The translations under genes were made by a program, and so were the position numbers. This document shows, piece after piece, positions 17,372 through 29,797 of a DNA stretch of 39,249 nt. Each line of letters starts with the position of its first letter. The first letter of the stretch is position 1. Under the pieces are notes generated by a model. It was given only the letters and a program-made list of their open reading frames with translations, was not told the origin of the DNA and searched no databases. The stretch is from a virus (lineage: Duplodnaviria; Heunggongvirae; Uroviricota; Caudoviricetes): positions 1 through 39,249 of IMG/VR virus record IMGVR_UViG_2869936548_000010. One strand, given 5' to 3'.

Positions 17372-17614
17372 ATGGCAGAGATTATTCCCATGACTGAAGA
17401 ACAGAAATTCCAGTTAGAGATTTACAAACTGGTCATGAACCAGAACGCAGCCGCAGAAGAAGCATTTCAGTTCATTGGCACTGACGAGCTGAAGCTTGAG
17501 CTATTCAAAATTCACTTCCAGTCAGGTGGCGCTAATTCAGATATCACGACCCGAACTATCGAAGCGGTGCGTAAATCGAAGGAAGCGTTAGACCTGTTTA
17601 CTACCGGAGCATGA
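17372..17614 (+). CDS. Hypothetical protein (position of P22 orf80)
   Basis: 80-aa ORF upstream of the terminase genes. Confidence 0.5.
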   Translation: MAEIIPMTEEQKFQLEIYKLVMNQNAAAEEAFQFIGTDELKLELFKIHFQSGGANSDITTRTIEAVRKSKEALDLFTTGA

Positions 17615-17615
17615 T

Positions 17616-17795
17616 GTGAGCCGCGTAATCAATTTGGGTAAGGAGAAGAAATTCCCAATTACTCAAGAGCTATACGAGCGGCTTGAAAGCGTTATTCATG
17701 ATTATGATGGTGAAATCAGTTTATGCGAGGCGATTGGTACACTCGAATTGCTGAAGCAGTCACTGATTGAAGGCGCGAAAGAGTCCTTAACCTGA
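17616..17795 (+). CDS. Small ORF (59 aa, GTG start), not in the ORF track
   Basis: GTG 17616 preceded by GGAG; directly follows the stop of the upstream gene. Confidence 0.3.
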   Translation: MSRVINLGKEKKFPITQELYERLESVIHDYDGEISLCEAIGTLELLKQSLIEGAKESLT

Positions 17796-17818
17796 AATAA
17801 CGATTAAGTGAGATGAAT

Positions 17819-18307
17819 ATGGCAGCACCAAAGGGCAACCGATTTTGGGAGGCCCGCAGTAGTCATGGGCGAAACCCTAAATTCGAATCGCCTGAGGCGC
17901 TGTGGGCTGCTTGTTGTGAATACTTCGAGTGGGCTGATGATAACCCGCTATGGGAGGGTAAGGTATTTTCATATCAGGGAGAAATAATTAAGGCTAATGT
18001 CCCTAAGATGCGAGCCATGACTATTTCAGGATTGTGTACCTTCCTTGATATCACCAGGCAAACATGGGGAACCTTCCGGTCAATGGAAGGTTTTTCTGAC
18101 GTCACATCACGAGCGGAAGACATCATCTACGACCAGAAGTTCTCTGGCGCAGCCGCTGACCTTCTCAACGCTAACATCATCGCCCGTGATTTGGGCCTCA
18201 AAGAGCAGTCGCAAGTTGAAGACGTGACACCTGATAAGGGAGATCGCGATAAGCGGCGCTCTCGTATCAAGGAGCTATTCAACCGTGGAACTGGACGCGA
18301 TTCTTGA
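17819..18307 (+). CDS. Terminase small subunit (P22 gp3 type)
   Basis: Start at ATG 17819 ([21 protein letters not shown]) gives 162 aa, the P22 gp3 length as recalled; track start 17813. Confidence 0.85.
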   Translation: MAAPKGNRFWEARSSHGRNPKFESPEALWAACCEYFEWADDNPLWEGKVFSYQGEIIKANVPKMRAMTISGLCTFLDITRQTWGTFRSMEGFSDVTSRAEDIIYDQKFSGAAADLLNANIIARDLGLKEQSQVEDVTPDKGDRDKRRSRIKELFNRGTGRDS

Positions 18308-19784
18308 TAACCTGAGCGATGAAGAGCAAATCGAATTGCTCGAGCTACTCGAAGAAGAAGAGAACTACCGGAACACACACCTGCTATATGAATTTACGCC
18401 ATACAGCAAACAGCGTGAGTTCATCGACGCCGGGCATGACTATCCAGAGCGATGTTTTATGGCTGGTAACCAGCTTGGTAAGTCATTTACTGGTGCTGCT
18501 GAAGTCGCGTTTCACCTTACCGGGCGTTATCCGGGCACAAAAGGCTATCCTGCTGATGGTAAATATGGCGGTGAGTGGAAAGGTAAGCGTTTCTATGAAC
18601 CTGTTGTCTTCTGGATTGGCGGCGAGACAAACGAAACTGTAACCAAAACGACTCAACGCATCCTGTGTGGTCGTATCGAAGAGAATGATGAGCCAGGCTA
18701 CGGTTCCATACCTAAAGAAGACATCATTAGCTGGAAGAAGTCTCCTTTCTTTCCGAACCTTGTTGATCATCTTCTGGTTAAGCATCACACGGCTGATGGC
18801 GTTGAAGATGGCATTTCAATCTGCTACTTCAAACCATACTCGCAAGGCCGTGCTCGCTGGCAGGGTGACACAATCCACGGTGTGTGGTTTGACGAAGAAC
18901 CACCATACAGCATTTATGGCGAAGGGCTTACCCGTACCAACAAATACGGGCAATTCTCAATTCTGACGTTTACCCCGCTGATGGGGATGTCTGACGTTGT
19001 TACCAAGTTCCTGAAGAATCCCAGCAAGTCGCAGAAAGTGGTCAACATGACCATCTATGACGCTGAGCACTACACCGACGAGCAGAAAGAGCAAATCATC
19101 GCATCCTATCCTGAGCATGAGAGAGAGGCGCGTGCTCGCGGTATTCCTACGATGGGTAGCGGGCGAATCTTCCAGATACCGGAAGAGACGATTAAGTGTC
19201 AGCCGTTCGAGTGCCCTGATCACTTTTACGTAATTGGCGGTATGGATTTCGGATGGGATCACCCGCAGGCGCAGGTTCAGCTTTGGTGGGATAAGGACGC
19301 AGACACAATCTACGTTTCACGCGTGTGGAAGGCGAAAGAAAAAACAGCCGTTCAGGCGTGGGGAGCCGTTAAATCTTGGGCGCATAAAGTGCCAACCGCA
19401 TGGCCTCATGACGGAAACCAGCACGAGAAGGGCGGCGGTGAGCAGCTTAAAGGGCAGTACGCGGACGCTGGTTTTATGATGTTGCAGGAGCATGCGACAT
19501 GGCCTGATGGCGGTAATGCTGTTGAGCCTGGCATCACTGAATTGCGCGACATGATGCTCGATGGACGCTTCAAAGTATTCAACACCTGTGAGCCATTCTT
19601 TGAGGAGTTCCGCCTCTATCACCGTGATGAAAACGGGAAGATCGTCAAGCTTAACGATGACGTTCTCTCAGCCGTTCGCTATGCATACATGATGCGCCGC
19701 TTCGCAAAAATGATGCGCGACATCAAAAAACCAAAAGAGAAAAAGATACCAGCCCCAATCAGGCCCATCGCACGGAGAACTTAA
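18285..19784 (+). CDS. Terminase large subunit (P22 gp2 type)
   Basis: 499-aa ORF with Walker A-like GNQLGKS; overlaps the TerS 3' end. Confidence 0.9.
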   Translation: MELDAILDNLSDEEQIELLELLEEEENYRNTHLLYEFTPYSKQREFIDAGHDYPERCFMAGNQLGKSFTGAAEVAFHLTGRYPGTKGYPADGKYGGEWKGKRFYEPVVFWIGGETNETVTKTTQRILCGRIEENDEPGYGSIPKEDIISWKKSPFFPNLVDHLLVKHHTADGVEDGISICYFKPYSQGRARWQGDTIHGVWFDEEPPYSIYGEGLTRTNKYGQFSILTFTPLMGMSDVVTKFLKNPSKSQKVVNMTIYDAEHYTDEQKEQIIASYPEHEREARARGIPTMGSGRIFQIPEETIKCQPFECPDHFYVIGGMDFGWDHPQAQVQLWWDKDADTIYVSRVWKAKEKTAVQAWGAVKSWAHKVPTAWPHDGNQHEKGGGEQLKGQYADAGFMMLQEHATWPDGGNAVEPGITELRDMMLDGRFKVFNTCEPFFEEFRLYHRDENGKIVKLNDDVLSAVRYAYMMRRFAKMMRDIKKPKEKKIPAPIRPIARRT

Positions 19785-21950
19785 ATGGCCGACGAAAACA
19801 GACTCAATTCCATTCTGTGTAAGTTTGACGCAGACTGGATGGCGAGCGATGAAGCCAGAACCGAGGCGACAAATGACCTGTATTTTAGCCGAGTGTCGCA
19901 ATGGGATGACTGGCTATCAAACTACACGACCCTGCAATATCGCGGACAATTCGATGTTGTTCGCCCGGTGGTCAGGAAACTGGTCGCAGAGATGCGCCGG
20001 AACCCTATCGACGTTCTCTTCCGACCAAAAGACGGTGCTAATCCTGATGCAGCCGATGTGTTGATGGGGATGTATCGTACTGATATGCGCCATAACACGG
20101 CAAAAATTGCCGTTAACGTTGGCGTTCGTGAGCAGATAGAGTCCGGCGTTGGTGCATGGCGTCTGGTCACGCAGTACGAAGACAACGACCCAACAAGCAA
20201 CAATCAGGTAATCCGACGCCTGCCAATCCATGAAGCCTGCTCACACGTCATATGGGACGCCAACAGCAAGCAGATGGATAAGAGCGATGCTAAGCACTGC
20301 ACGGTGATTAACGCTTTGTCACGCAATGGCTGGAAAGAGTTCGCAGAGGATTACGGTATTGATCCTGACACCTTGCCATCTTTCCAGAATCCGAACGATA
20401 CATGGCTGTTTCCGTGGGTATCGAATGATGTCGTCTACGTCGCTGAGTATTACGAGGTCGAAGAGAAGAAAGAGAAAGTCTTCATCTACCGCGACCCGCT
20501 GACAGGTGAGCCGGTCAGCTATTACCAGCAGGATATCAAAGACGTCATCGACGACCTGGCTAATCGTGGATTCATTAAGGTAGCAGAGCGTAAGGTCAAG
20601 CGTCGGCGTGTGTATAAGTCGATCATCACCTGCACGCAGATACTGAAAGACCGCGAGAAGATAGCCGGAGAGCATATCCCAATCGTTCCTGTGTACGGCG
20701 AATGGTCATTCGCTGGTGACAAGGAGTGCTACGAGGGCGTGGTAAGGCTGACGAAAGACGGTCAACGCCTTCGTAACATGATCATGTCATTCAACGCCGA
20801 TATTGTTGCTCGTTCACCGAAGAAGAAACCGACCTTCTTCCCTGAGCAAATCGAAGGCTACGAATACATGTACGGTGGAAATGATGACTATCCGTACTAT
20901 TTGCAGAACAAGACCGATGAAAACGGTAACGACCTGCCGATTGGTCCAATCTCCTACATGGAAAACCCTGAAGTGCCGCAAGCCAACGCTTACATGCTTG
21001 AGGCTGCCACCAACGCAGTGAAAGAGGTGGCTAGTCTTGGTGTGGATGCGCAGGCAGCAAACTCTCAGGTCGCTTTCGATACCGTCAATCAACTGAACAT
21101 GCGGGCAGACCTTGAGACATACGTGTTTCAGGATAACCTGGCTACCGCAATGCGACGTGATGGCGAGATTTATGCCTCAATGGTCAACGATATTTATGAC
21201 GTTCCTCGTCATGTAACGCTGACACTTGAAGATGGAAGCGAGAAAGACGTTCAACTCTATGCGCAAGTTGTCGATTACCAGTCCGGCAATGTGGTCACAC
21301 TCAACGACATTCGCGGTCGCTACGAGTGCTATATAGGAGTTGGACCATCCTTCCAGAGCATGAAGGAACAGAACCGCGCAGAGATTCAGGAGTTACTCAC
21401 CAAGGTTCCGCAAGGTACTCCAGAGTTCCAGATGCTGATGCTGCAATACTTCACGCTGCTTGACGGTAAAGGCGTCGAGATGATGCGAGAGTACGCGAAC
21501 AAGCAACTGGTGATGATGGGGCTGAAGAAACCAGAAACACCTGAAGAGATGGAGATGGTGCAGCAGGCACAACAACAGCCGCAGCAGCCATCAGCAGAGC
21601 AAATTCAGGCGCAGGGCATCCTTCTGCAAGGTCAGGCTGAATTGCTCAAGGCAGAGAACCAACAGGCGCAGATTCAGGTTGAAGCTGCCAAGGTTGAAGC
21701 CCAAAACCAACTCAACGCCGCGAAGATTGCAGAAATCTTCAACAATATGGACCTCGACAAGCAGGCAGAACTGCGTGAGTACCTCAAGCTCGTAGGTCAA
21801 TTCCAGCAACAGCGCAGCAAAGATGCTCGTGCTAACGCTGAGCTGCTTCTTAAAGATGCAGACCAGACTCATTCACAACGCATGGATTTCGCGAATCTTA
21901 TGCGTCAAGTTCAAATCCCCTCCGGCGGAGTAGCCGAGACACCTCAATAA
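19785..21950 (+). CDS. Portal protein (P22 gp1 type)
   Basis: 721-aa ORF after TerL; Gln-rich coiled C-terminal barrel region. Confidence 0.9.
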   Translation: MADENRLNSILCKFDADWMASDEARTEATNDLYFSRVSQWDDWLSNYTTLQYRGQFDVVRPVVRKLVAEMRRNPIDVLFRPKDGANPDAADVLMGMYRTDMRHNTAKIAVNVGVREQIESGVGAWRLVTQYEDNDPTSNNQVIRRLPIHEACSHVIWDANSKQMDKSDAKHCTVINALSRNGWKEFAEDYGIDPDTLPSFQNPNDTWLFPWVSNDVVYVAEYYEVEEKKEKVFIYRDPLTGEPVSYYQQDIKDVIDDLANRGFIKVAERKVKRRRVYKSIITCTQILKDREKIAGEHIPIVPVYGEWSFAGDKECYEGVVRLTKDGQRLRNMIMSFNADIVARSPKKKPTFFPEQIEGYEYMYGGNDDYPYYLQNKTDENGNDLPIGPISYMENPEVPQANAYMLEAATNAVKEVASLGVDAQAANSQVAFDTVNQLNMRADLETYVFQDNLATAMRRDGEIYASMVNDIYDVPRHVTLTLEDGSEKDVQLYAQVVDYQSGNVVTLNDIRGRYECYIGVGPSFQSMKEQNRAEIQELLTKVPQGTPEFQMLMLQYFTLLDGKGVEMMREYANKQLVMMGLKKPETPEEMEMVQQAQQQPQQPSAEQIQAQGILLQGQAELLKAENQQAQIQVEAAKVEAQNQLNAAKIAEIFNNMDLDKQAELREYLKLVGQFQQQRSKDARANAELLLKDADQTHSQRMDFANLMRQVQIPSGGVAETPQ

Positions 21951-21963
21951 GAGAGAGTTAATC

Positions 21964-22875
21964 ATGGACCAAACCACCGACATTCAGGCTTCTGAAGAAT
22001 TAACCCTGCCCGGCAATCATGCAGTGGCATCTGCTGATGGCTTAGTTGTCGATAATGCCAACGACAACGCAGGCCAGGAAGAAGGCTTCGAGATTGTCCT
22101 GAAAGACGATGAGAAACCGAAACAAGACCCGGCAACTAATGCTGAATTTGCCCGTCGCCGCATCGAACGCAAACGACAGCGTGAGCTTGAGCAGCAGATG
22201 GAAGCGGTTAAGCGTGGAGAGTTGCCGGAGCACCTGCGGGTGAACCCTGAGTTACCAAAACAACCAGACCCTAACGATTATCTTTCCGAAGATGCACTGG
22301 CTAAGTACGACTATGACCAGAGCCGCGCACTGGCTGCCTTCCAGCAGGCAAACAGTGAATGGCAGATCAAGGCTATGGACGCACGAAGCCAGGCTGTCGC
22401 CGAGCAGGGTCGCAAAACTCAGGAGTTCACCCAGCAATCAGCGCAATACGTCGAGGCAGCCCGTAAGCACTACGACGCAGCGGAAAAGCTCAATATCCCT
22501 GACTATCAGGAGAAAGAGGATGCATTCATGCAACTGGTGCCGCCAGCAGTCGGTGCCGACATCATGCGCCTCTTCCCGGAGAAATCCGCTGCTCTCATGT
22601 ATCACCTTGGTGCTAATCCTGAGAAAACACGCCAGTTGCTGGCGATGGACGGGCAATCCGCGCTGATTGAACTCACTCGACTGTCAGAACGTTTAACTCT
22701 CAAGCCTCGAGCCAAGCCTGTTTCAGAAGCCCCGTTACCTGATGAACCCATTCAGGGACACGCTGTTGCTGCAAATATCTCTGCGATTGAAAAGCAGATG
22801 GAAGCGGCAGCAAACAAAGGGGATGTAGAGACATACCGCAAGCTCAAGGCGCAACTGAATAAAGGAATTCGATAA
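21964..22875 (+). CDS. Scaffolding protein (P22 gp8 type)
   Basis: 303-aa ORF, close to P22 gp8 as recalled. Confidence 0.9.
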   Translation: MDQTTDIQASEELTLPGNHAVASADGLVVDNANDNAGQEEGFEIVLKDDEKPKQDPATNAEFARRRIERKRQRELEQQMEAVKRGELPEHLRVNPELPKQPDPNDYLSEDALAKYDYDQSRALAAFQQANSEWQIKAMDARSQAVAEQGRKTQEFTQQSAQYVEAARKHYDAAEKLNIPDYQEKEDAFMQLVPPAVGADIMRLFPEKSAALMYHLGANPEKTRQLLAMDGQSALIELTRLSERLTLKPRAKPVSEAPLPDEPIQGHAVAANISAIEKQMEAAANKGDVETYRKLKAQLNKGIR

Positions 22876-24173
22876 TGGCATTAAAAGAAGGGCAGTTAGT
22901 TACTTACGCTATCGATGAAATCATCGAAACCGTCCAGAACCTGACGCCAATGGCGTCCAAAGTGACAAAATACACCCCTCCGGCAGAATCCATGCAGCGT
23001 TCAAGCAACACCGTGTGGATGCCTGTTGAGCAGGAAGCGCCAACTCAGACTGGCTGGGATTTAACTGGCAAGGCAAGCGGGATTCTGGAACTCTCCGTGA
23101 AATGCAACATGGGCGATCCGGATAACGATTTCTTCGAGCTTCGTGCAGATGACCTGCGTGATGAGCGTTCTTACCGTCGCCGCATCCAGGCATCCGCCAG
23201 AAAACTGGCGAATAACATTGAGTCAGCGATTGCCAAACAGGCAACTGAAATGGGCTCGCTTGTTGTTCACGATACCCGCTCAATTGGTCCATCATCTACT
23301 GACCTGTCTGGCTGGGATTTTGTGTCTGATGCAGAGCGCCTGATGTTCTCCCGTGAGCTAAACCGCGATATGGGCATCAGTTACTTCATGAACCCTGACG
23401 ATTACCGCAAATCAGGCCGCAACCTGGTAGATGGTGACATCTTTGGTCGCGTTCCTGAAGAAGCGTATCGTAACGGTACTATTCAGCGTCAGATTGCTGG
23501 CTTTGATGAAATTCTTCGCTCACCGAAACTTCCGGCAGTTACCAAGTCAACCGCTACTGGTGTAACTGTGACTGGAGCGCAGAAGTTTAAGCCGCAGGCA
23601 TACACCCTTGATACCGATGGTAACAAAGAGAACGTCGACAACCGTGTTGCAACGGTGACCGTATCCTCCACCGCCGGATTTAATCGCGGCGACAAAATCA
23701 GCTTCACTGGTGTGAAATTCCTGTCTCAGATGGCGAAGAACGTGCTGACTGATGATGCGACTTTCTCAATCACCCGTGTGATCGATGGTACTCACATCGA
23801 AATCACGCCGAAGCCGATTGCACTGGATGACGAGTCACTGACAAAAGAAGAGAAGGCTTACGCTAATGTAAACACCTCTCTTGCTGCGAGCACTACGGTA
23901 AACGTTCTGAATGTGGCAACAACCACCGCTAACGTGTTCTGGGCTGATGACTCAATCCGTCTGCTGTCTCAGCCGATCCCGGTAACCCATGAACTGTTTG
24001 CTGGTATGAAAACGTCTTCCTTCAGCATTCCTGGCATTGGTGTTAACGGCATCTTCGCAACGCAGGGTGATATCAACACTCTGTCTGGTAAGTGCCGTAT
24101 TGCTGTGTGGTATTCAGCATGTGCTGTACGACCAGAGGCAATTGGTGTTGGTCTGCCTAACCAGACTGCGTGA
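22875..24173 (+). CDS. Major coat protein (P22 gp5 type)
   Basis: 432-aa ORF, close to P22 coat protein as recalled. Confidence 0.9.
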   Translation: MALKEGQLVTYAIDEIIETVQNLTPMASKVTKYTPPAESMQRSSNTVWMPVEQEAPTQTGWDLTGKASGILELSVKCNMGDPDNDFFELRADDLRDERSYRRRIQASARKLANNIESAIAKQATEMGSLVVHDTRSIGPSSTDLSGWDFVSDAERLMFSRELNRDMGISYFMNPDDYRKSGRNLVDGDIFGRVPEEAYRNGTIQRQIAGFDEILRSPKLPAVTKSTATGVTVTGAQKFKPQAYTLDTDGNKENVDNRVATVTVSSTAGFNRGDKISFTGVKFLSQMAKNVLTDDATFSITRVIDGTHIEITPKPIALDDESLTKEEKAYANVNTSLAASTTVNVLNVATTTANVFWADDSIRLLSQPIPVTHELFAGMKTSSFSIPGIGVNGIFATQGDINTLSGKCRIAVWYSACAVRPEAIGVGLPNQTA

Positions 24174-24181
24174 TAACCAGA

Positions 24182-24203
24182 GGGAGCTTCGGCTCCCTTT
24201 TTT
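24182..24203 (+). terminator. Intrinsic terminator downstream of the coat gene
   Basis: Hairpin gggagc-ttcg-gctccc followed by tttttt. Confidence 0.7.
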
Positions 24204-24217
24204 ATCTGGAGACAAGC

Positions 24218-24466
24218 ATGACACACATGATCTTTCGTCATGGCGACATGAAGAAGTGGAAAGGCGTTGGCTACGACTTTGAAATCGTGAAAGCCGAAGA
24301 GCTTCAGGAATATCTGGATGCTGGTTGGTTTTCACATCCTGATGACCTTTTGAAGGATGTTGCAAAGCCAGAGCCAGAGCCAGAGCCAGAGCCAGAAGAA
24401 AAGCAGCGTAAAAAGCCTGGTCGAAAACCTAAGGCGGCATCAGATGAACCTGACAACGAAGGGTGA
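24218..24466 (+). CDS. Small protein with (PE)5 repeat and basic tail
   Basis: Start ATG 24218 with GGAGA RBS inside track ORF 24170..24466; contains the (GCCAGA)5 repeat; overlaps the gp4 start. Confidence 0.5.
   Translation: MTHMIFRHGDMKKWKGVGYDFEIVKAEELQEYLDAGWFSHPDDLLKDVAKPEPEPEPEPEEKQRKKPGRKPKAASDEPDNEG
24367..24396 (+). repeat. Tandem hexanucleotide repeat (GCCAGA)x5
   Basis: Five perfect units; encodes [10 protein letters not shown] in one frame and produces the spurious SQSQSQ N-terminus of track ORF 24357..24944. Confidence 0.9.
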
Positions 24467-24944
24467 TTTAGTCCTTGCGGCATTACGTAAGCTCGGTGTG
24501 GCATCAAATGCCACGTTAACTGATGTCGAACCGCAGTCTATGGAAGACGGCGTCAACGACCTTGAAATGATGATGGCTGAATGGCTTGGCGGTGATGCGT
24601 CACCTGGGATCAACGTTGGCTACATTTTTGCTGATGCAGATGTCGCTCCGGATCCGGGCGATGAGCACGGTTTATCAAATAACGCTATCAATGCCGTCAT
24701 TTTCAACCTTGCCTGCCGCATTGCTCCTGATTATGCGCTGGAAGCGTCAGCAAAACTTATAACCACTGCCAGATACGGGAAAGAGCGACTCGTCAAACTG
24801 TCTGCAATGGACAGAGCAAAAGCCGCTAAATGTAAGTCCGGTTATCCAAACCGTATGCCTGTTGGCAGTGGAAACCAGTTGGCGAAGTGGAACGGTTGGA
24901 ATTACTTCCACCGAAAGGAACCTTGCGATAATGGGAGCGAATAA
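24444..24944 (+). CDS. Head completion / tail accessory protein (P22 gp4 type)
   Basis: Start at ATG 24444 gives 166 aa, the P22 gp4 length as recalled. Confidence 0.85.
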   Translation: MNLTTKGDLVLAALRKLGVASNATLTDVEPQSMEDGVNDLEMMMAEWLGGDASPGINVGYIFADADVAPDPGDEHGLSNNAINAVIFNLACRIAPDYALEASAKLITTARYGKERLVKLSAMDRAKAAKCKSGYPNRMPVGSGNQLAKWNGWNYFHRKEPCDNGSE

Positions 24945-26362
24945 TGCCGATTCAGCAACTTCCGCTTATGAAAGGTGTCGGCAAAGACTTTAGAAACGCT
25001 GACTATATCGACTATCTACCAGTGAATATGTTGGCTACACCCAAAGAAATCCTCAACAGCAGCGGATATCTTCGCTCATTCCCGGGCATTGCCAAACGTT
25101 CTGATGTGAACGGCGTATCGCGAGGCGTCGAGCACAACATGGCGCAGAATGCTGTTTATCGCGTGTGTGGTGGCAAGCTGTATAAGGGCGAAAGCGAGGT
25201 TGGTGATGTTGCCGGAAGTGGTCGCGTATCAATGGCGCATGGTCGAACATCACAGGCGGTAGGCGTTAATGGTCAACTGGTCGAGTATCGCTATGATGGC
25301 ACGGTTAAAACCGTCTCAAACTGGCCTACAGACAGCGGATTCACACAGTACGAGTTAGGTTCAGTTCGCGACATTACGCGCTTACGTGGGCGTTATGCGT
25401 GGTCAAAAGACGGAACTGATTCATGGTTTATCACTGACCTTGAAGACGAATCGCATCCTGACCGATACAGCGCACAATATCGCGCAGAATCGCAACCGGA
25501 CGGCATCATCGGTATCGGAACATGGCGAGACTTCATCGTCTGCTTTGGTTCATCGACGATTGAATATTTCTCCCTGACTGGTGCAACCACCGTTGGTGCT
25601 GCTTTGTATGTCGCACAGCCATCGCTGATGGTGCAGAAAGGCATTGCCGGGACTTACTGCAAAACGCCGTTTGCTGATTCGTATGCGTTCATCAGCAATC
25701 CGGCAACAGGTGCGCCGTCTGTATATATCATCGGCTCCGGTCAGGTGTCACCAATCGCCAGCGCGAGCATTGAGAAAATTCTCCGCTCCTACACTGCTGA
25801 TGAACTGGCTGATGGCGTGATGGAATCGTTGCGGTTTGATGCGCATGAGTTGCTGATTATCCATCTTCCGCGCCATGTTCTCGTGTACGACGCATCTTCA
25901 AGTGCCAATGGTCCGCAATGGTGTGTGTTGAAAACTGGCTTATATGACGATGTGTACCGCGCTATCGACTTCATTTACGAAGGCAATCAGATAACGTGCG
26001 GCGATAAGCTGGAGTCCGTGACCGGGAAATTGCAATTCGACATCAGCAGCCAGTACGACAAGCAACAGGAACACCTGCTGTTTACTCCACTGTTCAAAGC
26101 GGATAACGCCAGAGTGTTCGACCTTGAGGTTGAATCGTCAACTGGCGTTGCGCAGTATGCTGACCGCCTTTTTCTCTCTGCAACCACTGACGGCATCAAT
26201 TACGGGCGTGAGCAGATGATTGAGCAGAATGAACCGTTCGTTTACGACAAACGCGTTTTGTGGAAGCGAGTAGGGCGCATCAGGAAAAATGTCGGCTTCA
26301 AATTGCGCGTTATCACGAAGTCACCTGTCACTCTGTCTGGCTGCCAGATAAGGATTGAGTAA
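24944..26362 (+). CDS. Head completion / tail accessory protein (P22 gp10 type)
   Basis: 472-aa ORF; ATGA-type overlaps with gp4 and gp26. Confidence 0.85.
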   Translation: MPIQQLPLMKGVGKDFRNADYIDYLPVNMLATPKEILNSSGYLRSFPGIAKRSDVNGVSRGVEHNMAQNAVYRVCGGKLYKGESEVGDVAGSGRVSMAHGRTSQAVGVNGQLVEYRYDGTVKTVSNWPTDSGFTQYELGSVRDITRLRGRYAWSKDGTDSWFITDLEDESHPDRYSAQYRAESQPDGIIGIGTWRDFIVCFGSSTIEYFSLTGATTVGAALYVAQPSLMVQKGIAGTYCKTPFADSYAFISNPATGAPSVYIIGSGQVSPIASASIEKILRSYTADELADGVMESLRFDAHELLIIHLPRHVLVYDASSSANGPQWCVLKTGLYDDVYRAIDFIYEGNQITCGDKLESVTGKLQFDISSQYDKQQEHLLFTPLFKADNARVFDLEVESSTGVAQYADRLFLSATTDGINYGREQMIEQNEPFVYDKRVLWKRVGRIRKNVGFKLRVITKSPVTLSGCQIRIE

Positions 26363-27210
26363 TGGCGGATTCGAATCTCAATACACCTGTTATTGTTCAG
26401 GCGACGCGGCTCGATACATCAATCCTTCCACGCAATATCTTCTCGCAGTCATATCTGCTGTACGTTATCGCACAGAGTACTGATGTTGGTAACGTGGCTA
26501 GCAAGGCCAACGAGGCCGGACAGGGCGCTTATGATGCACAGGTCAGGAACGATGAGCAGGATGTGATTCTGGTCGATCACGAAATTCGACTGGCATCAGC
26601 TGAAGCTAAGATTCAGGACCACGAAACAAGGATCACTAACGCAGAAGCGGCGATAGTCGGCCTTGATTCACGATTAACGACAGCAGAAAACGATATTGAT
26701 TATCTGACGGATGAAGTTGTCTCCATTCAAAACACGCTTTCAGACCATGAAACGCGCATCGATGCTCTGGAGTATGCCACTACGCGCAAGAAGTCAGAAG
26801 TTGTTTACTCGGGCGTATCAGTAACCATCCCGACAGCGCCGACCAACCTTGTCAGTCTGCTGAAAACGCTCACGCCGTCATCAGGAACATTAGCGCCATT
26901 CTTCGACACCGTTAACAACAAGATGGTTGTGTTCAACGAGAACAAAACGCTGTTCTTCAAGCTGTCTATTGTCGGGACGTGGCCCAGTGGAACCGCAAAC
27001 AGGTCAATGCAGCTAACCTTTTCCGGCTCTGTTCCTGACACACTGGTAAGCAGTCGTAATGCGGCGACAACAACCGACAACATCCTGTTAGCTACGTTCT
27101 TCAGCGTGGATAAAGACGGCTTTCTTGCCACAAATGGCAGTACGTTAACCATTCAGTCAAATGGTGCGGCGTTTACTGCCACAATCATCAAGATAATCGC
27201 GGAGCAGTGA
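26362..27210 (+). CDS. Tail needle (P22 gp26 type) with extended C-terminal domain
   Basis: N-terminus [25 protein letters not shown] resembles P22 gp26; coiled-coil heptads; 282 aa, longer than P22 gp26 as recalled. Confidence 0.8.
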   Translation: MADSNLNTPVIVQATRLDTSILPRNIFSQSYLLYVIAQSTDVGNVASKANEAGQGAYDAQVRNDEQDVILVDHEIRLASAEAKIQDHETRITNAEAAIVGLDSRLTTAENDIDYLTDEVVSIQNTLSDHETRIDALEYATTRKKSEVVYSGVSVTIPTAPTNLVSLLKTLTPSSGTLAPFFDTVNNKMVVFNENKTLFFKLSIVGTWPSGTANRSMQLTFSGSVPDTLVSSRNAATTTDNILLATFFSVDKDGFLATNGSTLTIQSNGAAFTATIIKIIAEQ

Positions 27211-27665
27211 TGATTCAGTTCAAACCAACGCGAAACATCGACCTGATAGAAGCCGTGGGAAATCACCCCGACATTATCGCCGGGAGCAACAACGGTGATG
27301 GATACGACTACAAGCCTGAATGCCGTTACTTCGAGGTGAACGTGCACGGGCAGTTCGGCGGCATTGTTTACTATCAGGAGATTCAGCCTTTGACCTTTGA
27401 TTGCCACGCCATGTACCTGCCAGAGATTCGCGGCTTCAGCAAGGAAATCGGGCTGGCGTTCTGGCGATACATTCTGACTAACACCACCGTTCAGTGCGTC
27501 ACATCGTTCGCTGCACGCAAATTCCGCCACGGTCAGATGTACTGCGCAATGATTGGCCTTAATCGTGTAGGAACCATCAAGAAATACTTCAAAGGCGTGG
27601 ATGACGTGACGTTTTACAGCGCAACACGCGAAGAACTAATCGACTTCCTGAATCACGGGAGATAG
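27207..27665 (+). CDS. P22 gp14-type protein
   Basis: 152-aa ORF in the conserved position after the needle gene. Confidence 0.75.
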   Translation: MMIQFKPTRNIDLIEAVGNHPDIIAGSNNGDGYDYKPECRYFEVNVHGQFGGIVYYQEIQPLTFDCHAMYLPEIRGFSKEIGLAFWRYILTNTTVQCVTSFAARKFRHGQMYCAMIGLNRVGTIKKYFKGVDDVTFYSATREELIDFLNHGR

Positions 27666-27667
27666 CC

Positions 27668-28360
27668 ATGTTATATGCATTTAAGCTGGGCAGAAAACTG
27701 CGCGGCGAGGAACCTTATTGCCCTGAAAAAGGCGGGAAAGGTGGCAGCTCTGATAAAAGCGCAAAGTATGCAGCAGAAGCTCAGAAGTATGCCGCAGACC
27801 TGCAAAATCAGCAGTGGCAGACGATCATGAAAAACCTTGCTCCGTTCACGCCTCTTGCGGAGCAGTATGTTAACCAGTTGCAGAATCTTTCCAGTTTAGA
27901 AGGTCAGGGGCAGGCACTTAATCAGTATTACAACTCTCAGCAGTATAAAGACCTTGCAGGGCAGGCGCGTTACCAGAGTCTTGCTGCTGCGGAGGCGACG
28001 GGTGGACTTGGTTCGACAGCCACAAGCAATCAACTGGCTACGATTGCTCCGACTCTCGGTCAGTCGTGGTTATCAAACCAGATGAGCAATTACAACAATC
28101 TGGCAAACGTTGGGCTTGGTGCGCTGCAAGGTCAGGCAAACGCTGGGCAGACATACGCCAACAACATGAGCAGCATTGCACAGCAAAGTGCAGCACTTGC
28201 CGCTGCTAATGCCAATAAACCATCAAGTCTTCAGACTGCAATTAGCGGTGGCACGTCTGGTGCGATTGCCGGTGCAGGTCTTGCCAGTCTTTTGGGAACA
28301 TCAACGCCTTGGGGCGCTGGCATTGGTGCTGGTATCGGATTGCTTGGCTCGTTGTTTTAA
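27668..28360 (+). CDS. Ejection protein (P22 gp7 type)
   Basis: 230-aa ORF, Gly/Ala/Gln-rich; begins MLYAFKLGRKLRGEEPY. Confidence 0.85.
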   Translation: MLYAFKLGRKLRGEEPYCPEKGGKGGSSDKSAKYAAEAQKYAADLQNQQWQTIMKNLAPFTPLAEQYVNQLQNLSSLEGQGQALNQYYNSQQYKDLAGQARYQSLAAAEATGGLGSTATSNQLATIAPTLGQSWLSNQMSNYNNLANVGLGALQGQANAGQTYANNMSSIAQQSAALAAANANKPSSLQTAISGGTSGAIAGAGLASLLGTSTPWGAGIGAGIGLLGSLF

Positions 28361-28369
28361 GGGGTAATC

Positions 28370-29797
28370 ATGGCTACTTGGCAAGGAACAAACGGCGGAT
28401 TGTTGGCTGGTATCGGCGGCGTCAACTCAAACGCTCCGAGCGTAAATGACATCGGCAATACGCTTCAGCTTATCAGGCAGAACAATGATATTGAGCGTTC
28501 AGGCGCTAACAATGTTGGGCTGACTGCTTTGCAAGGCCTTTCAGGTATTGCGGGGGTGTTTCAGCAGGAAAAGCAGGCTCAGCGGCAGAAAGAATTTCAG
28601 CAGGCATACGCTAATGCTTATGCTTCTGGTGATCGCGGTGCTTTGCGTCAGTTGGCTACTCAATATCCAGACCAGATTGAATCCGTTCGTAAAGGCATGG
28701 GATTCATTGATGAAGAGCAGCGTAATTCTATCGGCACCTTAGCGGCTGGCGCACGCCTTGCGTCATCGTCTCCAGAAGCAATGCAATCATGGCTGCAAAA
28801 CAACGCCAAGGAACTGACTCGCGTCGGTGTTGACCCTAACAGCGTTGCTCAGATGTATCAGCAGAATCCTTCAGGGTTTGGTGAGTTTGTTGATCACCTT
28901 GGGATGGCTGCTCTCGGTCCGATTGACTACTTCAATGTTCAGGACAAGATGGCTGGTCGGGATATTGAGCGTGGCGAGTTGGCAGAGACGATTCGCAGCA
29001 ATAAAGCTGGGGAAGGTTTACAGGCGCAAAGCATTGCTGTTAGCCGTGAAAACTCCCTGCGCACTGCTGGAGGTGCTGTTCCTGCATCTGTTAAAGAATA
29101 TCAATATTTCAACAGCCTGTCTCCAGAGCAACAAAAGACATATCTTCGTGTTCGAGGCCGTCCTGATGCTGGCGGGGAGAATGTTGTGCAACTGGCAGAT
29201 GGTAGAACGGTAACGGTAGGCGGGAAACTTCACGGCGCTGGGGCTAATGCGTTCTACGAAGGCATCGATAACGAGGGGAATATGGTTCGCGTTCCTGCCA
29301 GTTCAATCGCTGCTCCTGCAACATCGTCTGCATCAGCACAAAACTATGCCATGAAGAAGGATATCGACGCGATCGCAAATGCAGACGCTTCTGCTCTCGA
29401 TTTCATGACAGGAATGACCGGCGGCGCAGGTAACCCGGCAATTGGTGCTGATGTTCGCAGCCGATTAACAGGAAAAGAGCAGCGCCAGTTATATAACTCA
29501 GCACAACGTATTCAGGGCAGAATGCAGAATCAGGGTGTGGCGGCAGCAAGGGACATGGGGGCCAGTGGTATTAACACCGTTGCAGAAGCGAAGATGTATT
29601 TTCAGGGGATGCCGCAGGTTGACTATTCAAGCCCGGAGGCTATGCAGCAGTCGATTCGTGAGATTCAGGAATACACCAACAATTACAACCAACAATATAA
29701 CGTTAATGTTGGTAAATCTCAGCGGCAGCAATCTCAACCTGCACAGGTATCACAGCCAGCAGCCAGCAGTAACTTTTCTTCACTATGGGGTGATTAA
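28370..29797 (+). CDS. Ejection protein (P22 gp20 type)
   Basis: 475-aa ORF in the conserved position. Confidence 0.85.
   Translation: MATWQGTNGGLLAGIGGVNSNAPSVNDIGNTLQLIRQNNDIERSGANNVGLTALQGLSGIAGVFQQEKQAQRQKEFQQAYANAYASGDRGALRQLATQYPDQIESVRKGMGFIDEEQRNSIGTLAAGARLASSSPEAMQSWLQNNAKELTRVGVDPNSVAQMYQQNPSGFGEFVDHLGMAALGPIDYFNVQDKMAGRDIERGELAETIRSNKAGEGLQAQSIAVSRENSLRTAGGAVPASVKEYQYFNSLSPEQQKTYLRVRGRPDAGGENVVQLADGRTVTVGGKLHGAGANAFYEGIDNEGNMVRVPASSIAAPATSSASAQNYAMKKDIDAIANADASALDFMTGMTGGAGNPAIGADVRSRLTGKEQRQLYNSAQRIQGRMQNQGVAAARDMGASGINTVAEAKMYFQGMPQVDYSSPEAMQQSIREIQEYTNNYNQQYNVNVGKSQRQQSQPAQVSQPAASSNFSSLWGD

Noticed and set aside
24357-24443. N-terminal SQSQSQ extension of the gp4 ORF
   Set aside because: Produced by the hexamer repeat in an alternative frame; an ATG at 24444 gives the expected 166-aa gp4.
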